64,000 nucleotides of DNA from a virus, in IMG/VR virus record IMGVR_UViG_3300046457_000175, positions 55,290 to 119,289 of that record, one strand, 5' to 3'. Position numbers and translations under genes: made by a program. Shown one piece after another: positions 50,778 through 58,955 of the stretch; the first letter of the stretch is position 1, and the number at the start of each line of letters is the position of its first letter. The notes beneath the pieces were generated by a model. The model saw only the letters and a program-made list of their open reading frames with translations, made no database searches and was not told the origin of the DNA.

Positions 50778-51665
50778 ATGCTCAAAGCAGTCGTTAAAGA
50801 TCTCAATGAACTCGATGAGGGCCTCCGCGGCTATTACGTGCAGAAGGACAACCAGTTCTTCCTGAACGTGACGGCGGTCGACGGTTTCCAACTCGACAAC
50901 ACCACCGGCCTGAAAACCGCCTTGGGCAACGAGCGTAACAACGTCTCGATCCTCAAGGAGCAGCTCAAGCCGTATGAAGGCCTGGACGCTACCGCGGCTC
51001 GCACCGCGATCGAGCGTATCGGCGCTTTCGGTGAAATCACGCCCGAGGCCGCCAAGACGGCGCTCGAAACGGCACAACGACTGTCAGCTCTCGATCCCAC
51101 GAAAGAGGCTGAGACGATCGCTGCCACCAAGGTCGAGACCCTGAAGGGTCAGCTCACCGCGCAGTTCAATCTGCGTGAGACCGAGCTGGTCGGACAGGTC
51201 AACGGCCAGAAGGCGACGATCGAAAGCCTGACGGGGCAGCTTCAGACGGTGATGGCCGATGGCCAGATCAAGTCCGAAGTCGCCAAATCCAACCCACTGG
51301 ACGACGCGCGGGATGCCGTCGAGCTTCTGGTGAGCAAGTACGTCCGTACGTCCATGAAGGACGGGAAGGTCGTCGTCGAGGTCATTGACCAGAACGGCGT
51401 CCCCCGCATCAAGGACCACACGGGCGCCGCGTTCGAAGTCGCCGATCTCGTCGCTGAGATCCGCGAGAGCCGCGCAGGTCTCTTCAAGCCTGACGAGAAG
51501 CGCGGTCTGGGGACCAACCCCGGTTCGGGGACCAATCCGCCGGCAGGTGGGGTCGTGAACCCCTGGGCCGCGGAGACCCGAAACATGACCCAGCAAATGT
51601 TGCTGGAAAACACCAAACCCGAATTGGCCAAGCAGCTCAAAGCAGCGGCCGGCGTGAAGGACTAA
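50778..51665 (+). CDS. Capsid scaffolding protein
   Basis: MLKAVVKDLNELDEGLRGYY...FFLNV; coiled coil; NPW near C-terminus; precedes capsid gene. Confidence 0.85.
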   Translation: MLKAVVKDLNELDEGLRGYYVQKDNQFFLNVTAVDGFQLDNTTGLKTALGNERNNVSILKEQLKPYEGLDATAARTAIERIGAFGEITPEAAKTALETAQRLSALDPTKEAETIAATKVETLKGQLTAQFNLRETELVGQVNGQKATIESLTGQLQTVMADGQIKSEVAKSNPLDDARDAVELLVSKYVRTSMKDGKVVVEVIDQNGVPRIKDHTGAAFEVADLVAEIRESRAGLFKPDEKRGLGTNPGSGTNPPAGGVVNPWAAETRNMTQQMLLENTKPELAKQLKAAAGVKD

Positions 51666-51713
51666 GTCCTCCCGCCTTCCCAACATGCAGGCGCCCGGAT
51701 TCTGTCCGGGCGT

Positions 51714-51728
51714 TTGCTTGAATGCAAA
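51714..51728 (+). promoter_or_regulatory. Operator-like motif TTGCTTGAATGCAAA
   Basis: Exact copy 35 nt upstream of capsid gene. Confidence 0.7.
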
Positions 51729-51762
51729 AGCTGCAGCCAGTCCACAACAACAAGAGTGAGAA

Positions 51763-52743
51763 ATGACTGCAACTGCTCTCGCGGACATGATCGTCCCGAC
51801 CAAGTTCAACAAGTACGTCCAGGTTCTTTCGACGCAGAAGTCGGAACTGTTCACGTCGGGGATCATCACCGACCTGTCCAGCGTCATCGACGCCGAGATC
51901 GAAGGCAAGACGGTCAACATGCCGTTCTTCAACGACCTCGACGCCTCCGACGCCGAGCAGGTGCTCGACGACACCACCGACCTGACCGTTGGTCACATGA
52001 CGACCGGCCAGGACGTGGCCGTGAAGCTGCTGCGCGGTAAGGCCTTCGGCTCGACCGACCTGGCGGCCGACCTGTCCGGCGCCGACCCGATCGATGCCAT
52101 CGCGAACCGTTTCGCCGACTGGTGGAACAAGCGCATGCAGACCGCTCTGCTCTCGACCCTCACGGGCGCGATGGGCTCGGCCGGCATGGCTGCGAACGTC
52201 AACGACATCTCCGCGCTGACCGGTGGTGCCCAGTACTTCGACGCCGACTCCTTCATCGACGCGGCCTTCTTGCTCGGTGACGAGCAGGGCGGTCTGAACG
52301 CCGTCGCGGTCCACTCCCTGACCCTCAAGGCGATGGTGAAGGCCGACCTGATCGACTTCGTGCCCGACAGCCAGGGCAAGCTGACGGTCCCGACCTACCT
52401 CGGCAAGACTGTCATCGTCGACGACGGCATGCCCGTCTCGGGTTCGGGCGCGACCCGCGTGTTCACCTCCTACATCTTCGGCCCCGGCGCGATCGGCTAC
52501 GGCGAGCGCTCCCCGAAGGTTCCGGTGGAGGTCGAGCGCCAGGCTCTGAAGGGCATGGGCCAGGAGTACATCGTGAACCGCCGTCAGTGGGTCATGCATC
52601 CCCGCGGCGTGAAGTGGCTGGGCGGCACCCAGGCCGGCGTGACGCCGTCCAACGCCGAGCTGGCGACCACGACCAACTGGCAGCGCGTCTACGATCCGAA
52701 GATCGTCCGCATCGTCGCCTTCAAGCACATGCTGGCGTCGTAA
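51763..52743 (+). CDS. Major capsid protein
   Basis: D+IVP..F..YV, TVNMPFF.DL, RGKAFGSTDLAA.LSG.DP, HPRG..W; strong codon bias. Confidence 0.93.
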   Translation: MTATALADMIVPTKFNKYVQVLSTQKSELFTSGIITDLSSVIDAEIEGKTVNMPFFNDLDASDAEQVLDDTTDLTVGHMTTGQDVAVKLLRGKAFGSTDLAADLSGADPIDAIANRFADWWNKRMQTALLSTLTGAMGSAGMAANVNDISALTGGAQYFDADSFIDAAFLLGDEQGGLNAVAVHSLTLKAMVKADLIDFVPDSQGKLTVPTYLGKTVIVDDGMPVSGSGATRVFTSYIFGPGAIGYGERSPKVPVEVERQALKGMGQEYIVNRRQWVMHPRGVKWLGGTQAGVTPSNAELATTTNWQRVYDPKIVRIVAFKHMLAS

Positions 52744-52773
52744 TCGTCTCTGACGGTTAGCTGAAACACAAGA

Positions 52774-52803
52774 CCCTCCTCGGGAGACCGGGGAGGGCTC
52801 TTT
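52774..52803 (+). terminator. Terminator-like hairpin after capsid gene
   Basis: CCCTCCTCGG-GAGA-CCGGGGAGGG then CTCTTT. Confidence 0.6.
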
Positions 52804-52821
52804 GTGACTCTGGAGACATTC

Positions 52822-53223
52822 ATGATTGGAACGAAGGGTTTTCGCACCCGCGAGGCAGCTGCGTATCGCAAGAACCGAACGCATCGGCTGACTTCGGAAG
52901 AGGTCAGAGAGGCCCGCTTCGCCAACCTGCACGGCAATGTCGAGCAGTCTGAAGCGACGGCAGCGCCCGCCGCTGAGCCGGTCGAACCCAAAACGGCCGA
53001 GGTCGTGGAAGCGACCGATCAGCCCGAGCAGACCGACACCACTGACGAAGTGGCCGGCGACGAGAACGCCGACGAAGCTGGTGACGAAGCTGGTGACGAA
53101 ACCGGTGACGAGGCTGGCGACGAAGACGGGGACGAAGACGAAGGCGAGGCTGATGCCGGCGCCGACAAGTCCAAGACGACCGCTTCGAAGAAGAAGAAGG
53201 CCAAAGGCAAGGCCAAGAAGTAA
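52822..53223 (+). CDS. Acidic low-complexity protein with Lys-rich tail
   Basis: GGAG RBS; (GDEA)n repeats. Confidence 0.75.
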   Translation: MIGTKGFRTREAAAYRKNRTHRLTSEEVREARFANLHGNVEQSEATAAPAAEPVEPKTAEVVEATDQPEQTDTTDEVAGDENADEAGDEAGDETGDEAGDEDGDEDEGEADAGADKSKTTASKKKKAKGKAKK

Positions 53224-53229
53224 GGACCT

Positions 53230-53661
53230 GTGATGGGCTACGCGACCAAAGAGGACATCGACGAGCTTTACGGCACCGACCTCCTAGTGCGCGTAGCCGA
53301 TTACGACCGAGACGGAACGCCGGACCCTGCCGTTGTGGCGAAGGGGCTGGAGGGCGCCGACGAGATTTGCGACGCCTATCTGTCCGCTCAGTATACGATC
53401 CCAGTCGTCCCCACGCCCGGCGTGGTGAGGAACTGTGCGATCGACATCGCCATCTACAAGATGGCGCTGGGCCGCACCAGCCGCACCGACGAGATGCGGG
53501 TGCGATATGAGGACGCTCTGGCTCTGCTGGAGAAGATTTCAACCGGCAAGGTTGGCCTCGGCCTGCCGCCGACGACCGTCGACAATGGCGACGGCACGAC
53601 CACAACGACCGATCCGAACGTCAAGCGCTCGGGAGGCTCGTTCGACTGCGGGAGGGCCTGA
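53230..53661 (+). CDS. Head-tail adaptor (Mu gp36/DUF1320 family)
   Basis: YATKEDI...YG, A..ICDAYL..QY.IP, CAIDIAIYKM, RYEDAL.LLEKI. Confidence 0.9.
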   Translation: MMGYATKEDIDELYGTDLLVRVADYDRDGTPDPAVVAKGLEGADEICDAYLSAQYTIPVVPTPGVVRNCAIDIAIYKMALGRTSRTDEMRVRYEDALALLEKISTGKVGLGLPPTTVDNGDGTTTTTDPNVKRSGGSFDCGRA

Positions 53662-54149
53662 TGGCCGACCTGCAAGTCAAGATCGACTCCGGCGACCTCC
53701 GCAAGCTCAACAAGCGGATCGCCGGCCTGCTGCATGACACGCTCCACCTGGAGGAAGTCTACGCAGCAGCTGCCGAGTACATGAAGCGATCAACGGTCAA
53801 CCGCATCGTGCGGAGCAAGACCGGGCCTGACGGCGAACGTTGGGCGGCGCTCCGCGACGTCACCATCAAGCTCCGGAACGGAAGCGACAGCGTCCTGTTC
53901 GACAGCGGTGAGTTGTCCAGGGGCATTCAGATCCAAGACATCAGCCACGACGGCTTCGTGCTCAGCTCCACGGCCCTGAACAAGCAAGGCGAGTCCTACT
54001 CGTCCTACCTGCAGGACGGTGTGAAGCGGACGCGAGGCATGATCAAGGGCAAGCGGATCCCGCCGCGCCCGTTCATGGGCTTCTCGGACGAGAACAAGCG
54101 ACGGATCTCCAAGATGATCCGCGATTATCTGGCGCATGGAGGCGACTGA
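53661..54149 (+). CDS. Phage virion morphogenesis protein (Mu gpG/P2 S-like)
   Basis: GPDGERWAAL, L.DSG.L, IPPRPFMGFS. Confidence 0.88.
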   Translation: MADLQVKIDSGDLRKLNKRIAGLLHDTLHLEEVYAAAAEYMKRSTVNRIVRSKTGPDGERWAALRDVTIKLRNGSDSVLFDSGELSRGIQIQDISHDGFVLSSTALNKQGESYSSYLQDGVKRTRGMIKGKRIPPRPFMGFSDENKRRISKMIRDYLAHGGD

Positions 54150-54733
54150 TGAGCAAGATCGTCGACTTCCGCAACCGGATCATCGACTTTGTCAAGGCCC
54201 TGTACCCCGACATGGATGTCGACTGGTACGACGGCCAATTCGACGAGCACGACATCGCAGAGTGGACGGTAAAGACGCCGTCCGCCCGTGTCGCTGTGAT
54301 GAACTCGACCGGAGACCACGAGGTTACCGGAGAGTTGAACGCGCGGCTCCGTGTCGTGATCGTCATCATCGACGAGAACAGGTTTGTCGCCCTTGATGGC
54401 GACGCCCGTGCCTGGGAATACGTCGAGACCATCGCCATCGAGGCGAACCTCAATAAATTCGGCGACCCGAATGCGGCGCCGGCAACCATGGTCAAGTTCC
54501 GCAGGCTCAGCCAGCCAGTCCTCCGCCGCGAAGGCGTGTCGATCGGCGTCGTGGAATGGGAGAGCGATCTCACCATCGGCCATAACCGAGTCCTCGCCCG
54601 CGACTTTTTCTACGACCCTGCCACCGGACAGCGCATCAACCAGCTGCCGCGGTCCAATCACACGCGCGGCCACGTCCACATGGCGGACGGCAAGCAGAAC
54701 GACGAGCAGACGGACTTCACTGTCGAGGAGTAA
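54149..54733 (+). CDS. Tail terminator/neck protein (Mu gp37-like)
   Basis: Position; Y.GQFD...I, TPSARVA. Confidence 0.65.
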   Translation: MSKIVDFRNRIIDFVKALYPDMDVDWYDGQFDEHDIAEWTVKTPSARVAVMNSTGDHEVTGELNARLRVVIVIIDENRFVALDGDARAWEYVETIAIEANLNKFGDPNAAPATMVKFRRLSQPVLRREGVSIGVVEWESDLTIGHNRVLARDFFYDPATGQRINQLPRSNHTRGHVHMADGKQNDEQTDFTVEE

Positions 54734-54735
54734 CA

Positions 54736-56163
54736 ATGAGGGCACTTCTGTCGATCGAGCGACGCATGCAGGATCTCGAACGCAAGTTCGAGAACAAGGA
54801 GCGCCTCGGTAAGGTCGTCCAAGTCAAGTACGAGAAGGACCGCTGGTACGTCAAAATGAATGACGGCCAGGACCAGACCCCGAGCGGGTCTCAGTCCAAC
54901 GCTGACCCCATGGGCGGCGAGGGCACTGTCCGCAGCGACTGGCAGCCGTGGCAGAGCTTCTCTCACGGCACCATGAAGTTCTCCGTGCCCCCGAAGGTTG
55001 GTCAGGAAGTCCTGATGCGGTCTGTCGGCGGACAGGCTGAGCTATCGACCGTCGAGCCCTTCCACTACGGTCCGAAGACCCCGTCCCCGCACGGCAAGCA
55101 GGACGAGACTGTCGGCCTGATCCACGAGAAAGAGGATCAGCAGCACTGGCAGCACCAGACCAAAGACACGCACCACCTCATCATCAAGTCCAAGAAGAAG
55201 TCCGGCGGCATTGGCGGCCTGGGCGACATCGGCGGGCTCGGTGACCTGGCCGGCATGGGTCAGCTGGCAGGCCTGAGCGGCATGGACTTCTCCAGCATGC
55301 TCAGCGGCCTCGGCGGCCTGGACCTCAGTGCGCTTGGCAACATCGCCTCGCTTTCCAGCCTGGGCAACCTCGCGAACCTCGATATCTCGAGCCTGGCGAA
55401 CCTCTCTCAGCTGGCGAGTGTTGTGCCGCAGCTCGGCAATCTGTCGCAGCTCACCAACATCGCCAGCATCGGCAACATCGCGAAAATGTCGGGCCTCCCC
55501 GACCTCGCCCAGCTCGGCAACATCCAGGGCATCGCAAGCCAAGTCACTTCCGGCAACCTTCTAGGTTCGGTCGGGAGCATGATTGGCGGCGGCGCTGGTG
55601 GCGGTGCCGGCGTCCCGGCGGCGATGGGCGGCCAGCAGAAAGAAGACGCACCCAAGCTTCCCGAAGTGCCGGAAGAGGGCGACGACGGCGTCACGCAGAT
55701 CAAGTCGACAAAGGAGTTCATCCTCAAGACGGTCGGCAAGAGCAAGTCGTACTACCGGCAGGACGAGAAGCTGGTCCACATTCGGTTCGGTGAGGACAAG
55801 GCCAAGGCCGACATTCTCATGGACGAGAACCAGGTCAAGATCCAGTTCAAGGACAAGAAGGCCGTCGTCACCTGGAAAGAGGACCAGCTGAACGTCACCT
55901 ACGGCGAAGACCAGTCGAACATCAAACTGTCCGACGAGGAGATCGTCATCACCCAGGGCAAGGACGCCTCACGGGTCACGATCCAGCAGGAATACGTCGA
56001 AGTGAAGGGCGCCAATGAGTGCGCTGTCGGCGTGGACGGTCGCTGGGTCAACATCAGTCAAACGCGAGTCAATCTCGGAGTGAGCGGCCCGAAAGAGCAG
56101 GCTCAATTCAAGGTCATGACGGAGGGTGGTCCATCCGAAAGGGTCTGGGCCAACATCTCCTAA
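54736..56163 (+). CDS. gpV: Baseplate spike protein V with long low-complexity insertion
   Basis: RLGKVVQV, SDWQPW, PPKVGQEVL OB-fold; C-terminal beta-repeats. Confidence 0.8.
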   Translation: MRALLSIERRMQDLERKFENKERLGKVVQVKYEKDRWYVKMNDGQDQTPSGSQSNADPMGGEGTVRSDWQPWQSFSHGTMKFSVPPKVGQEVLMRSVGGQAELSTVEPFHYGPKTPSPHGKQDETVGLIHEKEDQQHWQHQTKDTHHLIIKSKKKSGGIGGLGDIGGLGDLAGMGQLAGLSGMDFSSMLSGLGGLDLSALGNIASLSSLGNLANLDISSLANLSQLASVVPQLGNLSQLTNIASIGNIAKMSGLPDLAQLGNIQGIASQVTSGNLLGSVGSMIGGGAGGGAGVPAAMGGQQKEDAPKLPEVPEEGDDGVTQIKSTKEFILKTVGKSKSYYRQDEKLVHIRFGEDKAKADILMDENQVKIQFKDKKAVVTWKEDQLNVTYGEDQSNIKLSDEEIVITQGKDASRVTIQQEYVEVKGANECAVGVDGRWVNISQTRVNLGVSGPKEQAQFKVMTEGGPSERVWANIS

Positions 56164-56175
56164 CGAAAGAGACCA

Positions 56176-56430
56176 ATGATCAAGAAAAAGAAAAAGTACG
56201 TGGTCGCTGCGCCGTTTTGGCACGACGGCATCCTTCTCGCGAAGGACTCCGTTATCTGGCTCTTCCCCAAGGAAGCCAAGTACCGGGCGCACGCGCTAAC
56301 CGAGGAGCAGACGACCGCATCCTCGGAGCCTGCCGCTCCCGCTGCCGAGGCCAAGCCAGTCAAGCGCAAGCCCTCCACGGCTGTTGTTGTGGAGGAGGCG
56401 CCGGCCAATGGCGACGACAACGTCAACTGA
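56176..56430 (+). CDS. Small hypothetical protein
   Basis: P2-like small gene between V and W. Confidence 0.7.
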   Translation: MIKKKKKYVVAAPFWHDGILLAKDSVIWLFPKEAKYRAHALTEEQTTASSEPAAPAAEAKPVKRKPSTAVVVEEAPANGDDNVN

Positions 56431-56770
56431 GCACCTCATCGACGTCGACCGCTTCACAGGGGCGTTGATCCAAGGCTGGGATCGTATCAGCCAAAGCATT
56501 TACGTCATCCTCACCACCAGGCTGCGCACCAGGTTGATGCGCCAGTGGTGGGGATCGAAGTTCATCGACATGCAGGACAAGCCTGGCAACCAGGAAGTCC
56601 TCATGGCCGGCATGATGGCGGCGATTGCCGCGATCAACAGCTATGAGCCCGAGTTCAAGGTGACGCGGGTCTCGATCGATGAGTTCGATGCTTCAGGGGA
56701 GATCACGATCACCATCGAGGGTGTCGACCTCGTTGATGCCGCACTCAAGCGGGTCAAAGTAAACATCTAG
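56408..56770 (+). CDS. gpW: Baseplate wedge protein W/gp25
   Basis: +DRFTG, I.QSI.VILTT...TR+MR...GS, AI..YEP. Confidence 0.9.
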   Translation: MATTTSTEHLIDVDRFTGALIQGWDRISQSIYVILTTRLRTRLMRQWWGSKFIDMQDKPGNQEVLMAGMMAAIAAINSYEPEFKVTRVSIDEFDASGEITITIEGVDLVDAALKRVKVNI

Positions 56771-56780
56771 CGAGGGTCCA

Positions 56781-57659
56781 ATGCCCAACTACACGTCGCC
56801 CGCGCTGTACATCGACTTCGCGCGACTGCCGCCCCCGGACGTCATTGAGACGATCGAATACGAGAGCCTGGTCCAAACCTATAAGGACCAGGTCCTCGCC
56901 AAGAACAGCAAGCTCGCGGCGGCTCTGAACCTGGAGCAGTCACCCACCAACATCATCCTGGAGGCTGAGGCCTACGGCGAAATGCTGGTGCGGGCCCGCG
57001 TCAACGCGGCGGCTCGCGCCGTCATGCTGGCCTTCTCCAAGGGGGCAGACCTCGACAATCTTTCCGCATTCTTCGGCGTCGAGCGCGCCGCGGGCGAGAC
57101 TGACGACAGCCTCCGCCGCCGCGCGCAGATGGCCCCTGAGGCCTTCACGACCGCCGGCTCGGAAGGTGCCTACATCTTTCAGGGCCTGACCGCCGATCCC
57201 GTCAATGTTCGGGACATCACCGCGGTCAAGATGAACGACAAGGGCGGCGTCAGGATCTGCGTAATGGCCTCCGGAAGCAATCCGGTGCCGGCCACCGACG
57301 TCATCCTGAAGGTCCGCGACCGCCTCAATTCGAAGGGCATCAAGCCGCTCACCGACGTGATCAGCGTCGTGCCGGTCAAGGTGATCCGTACAAAGATCGT
57401 CGCGAACATCTCGCTCTATCCCGGCCCGGACGCAGCATTGGTCATGGCAGACATCGGCACCGCCCTGAGCAAGGTGCGCGCCAACGTCTCGCTGATCGGC
57501 CGCGATCTCACCCGGTCCGCAGTCATTTCAGCCCTCAACCAGGAGGGCGTTCAGTCCGTCGATCTGATCTCGCCGGCCGAAAACGTCGTGATCGACACTG
57601 ACCAGTGCACCCTCATCGAGAGCGCCGCGATTACGCCGCTTCAGCTCAGGGTGGAGTAA
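56781..57659 (+). CDS. gpJ: Baseplate assembly protein J
   Basis: IDF.RLP.PDVIET, GADLDNL.A.FGV.R, TAGSEGAY, PLTD. Confidence 0.95.
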   Translation: MPNYTSPALYIDFARLPPPDVIETIEYESLVQTYKDQVLAKNSKLAAALNLEQSPTNIILEAEAYGEMLVRARVNAAARAVMLAFSKGADLDNLSAFFGVERAAGETDDSLRRRAQMAPEAFTTAGSEGAYIFQGLTADPVNVRDITAVKMNDKGGVRICVMASGSNPVPATDVILKVRDRLNSKGIKPLTDVISVVPVKVIRTKIVANISLYPGPDAALVMADIGTALSKVRANVSLIGRDLTRSAVISALNQEGVQSVDLISPAENVVIDTDQCTLIESAAITPLQLRVE

Positions 57660-57662
57660 GTC

Positions 57663-58880
57663 ATGGCGACGTTTCCGACGCGCCGGATGGATCACATCCT
57701 GGCGCCGAACGCTACCGAGTACGAGCGCACGCTGGCTTCTCAGGTCGATCGTCTGCTCGATCTGAACATTCCGATCCGGCTCCTTTGGAACCCTTGGGAA
57801 TGTCCGGAGCACCTGCTGCCTTATCTGGCATGGGCTCTCTCGGTCGATCTCTGGGACTCTTCTTGGCCGATCACCAAACGTCGAAGCGTCGTCGCGAACG
57901 CCATCAAGCATCATCGCCTGAAGGGCACGCTGCAGGGCATTGAGACCTATCTCGATCTCGTGGACAGCAAGCTGCTGAAAGCAACCACGCCGCCGGCCAC
58001 GCTGTTCTCCGGCCCGTCGCTGACGAAAGATCAGCGCGAAGCCTGGCTCGCCAAGCTGCCGCAGGTGAGGGTGTGGAATGAGTACGAAAATTCGACTGAC
58101 GGTTATCGGTTGTTCATGGGCGGTCAACGCGCCCATCGCTTCCTGAACGGCAAGTTCCCATATCCGAATGGAGCTGAAAGCCGCGCCGCTCGCCGAGCGC
58201 GTTGGGTCGTTAACGGCACAGAGACAGACACCAAGGTCGACAATTTCGGGGCCTACTTCCGGCTCTTCATCAAGACCCGGTTGCCTTACTCTCTCTTCTG
58301 CAACACTCCAATGCGGCAGAAGAAGAAGTTCCCGATCCCGTCCACCGCTTTCAAGCGGGTGGTGACGATCGAGCCGATCCAAACGGCACCATGGCGCAGC
58401 ACGGTCGGCCCTCAATTGGAGCCGGTCCAGGCGCAAGCCGAAATGGTCACGCAGCCCGGTCACGACACCGGGGTCGCAGTTTACTCCAACAGGGTGAACT
58501 ACAAGAAGCATTTTGTCCCGTCTCGCGCCGGCACCCGCGTTTTCCTGCGCTACCCGGTGTACGACGCTTCGGTCGAATACCCGGCAAAACGACCCTCGAT
58601 CCAGTTCATGGGCGTTGGCCGATACGGCATCAAGCCGAAGACGGCCGAGTTGAAGGTCGCGATGTCAACGAAGTGGAGCCGGTACAAGGCTCGCCTCAAC
58701 GACACCTTCGTGCCCAGGTCCCGCTTCTGGACTCCGCATGATGGAACGCTGATGGCGAAGAACAGGCAGGCGATCATCGCCGCCAAGCGCCTCTCCGACC
58801 AGATCGTGCTCGACACCAACACCAAGCCTGGGTTTATCGCCGGCCTGCCTCGCTGGGCGGGCGATCCCATCGTCATCTGA
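57663..58880 (+). CDS. gpI: Phage tail protein I (P2-like), extended
   Basis: LAPNAT.YE, LWNPWECP..LLPYLAWALSVD.W, HR.KGT. Confidence 0.93.
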   Translation: MATFPTRRMDHILAPNATEYERTLASQVDRLLDLNIPIRLLWNPWECPEHLLPYLAWALSVDLWDSSWPITKRRSVVANAIKHHRLKGTLQGIETYLDLVDSKLLKATTPPATLFSGPSLTKDQREAWLAKLPQVRVWNEYENSTDGYRLFMGGQRAHRFLNGKFPYPNGAESRAARRARWVVNGTETDTKVDNFGAYFRLFIKTRLPYSLFCNTPMRQKKKFPIPSTAFKRVVTIEPIQTAPWRSTVGPQLEPVQAQAEMVTQPGHDTGVAVYSNRVNYKKHFVPSRAGTRVFLRYPVYDASVEYPAKRPSIQFMGVGRYGIKPKTAELKVAMSTKWSRYKARLNDTFVPRSRFWTPHDGTLMAKNRQAIIAAKRLSDQIVLDTNTKPGFIAGLPRWAGDPIVI

Positions 58881-58955
58881 TCATAAACCGATGCACATAG
58901 GCCCATCCTTCCGCGGGGGAGGGTGGGCGTCTTCGTGCGCAACGAGAGACCTTCA

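Noticed and set aside
53070-53150. 12-bp tandem repeats GACGAAGCTGGT
   Set aside because: Simply encode the acidic (GDEA)n linker
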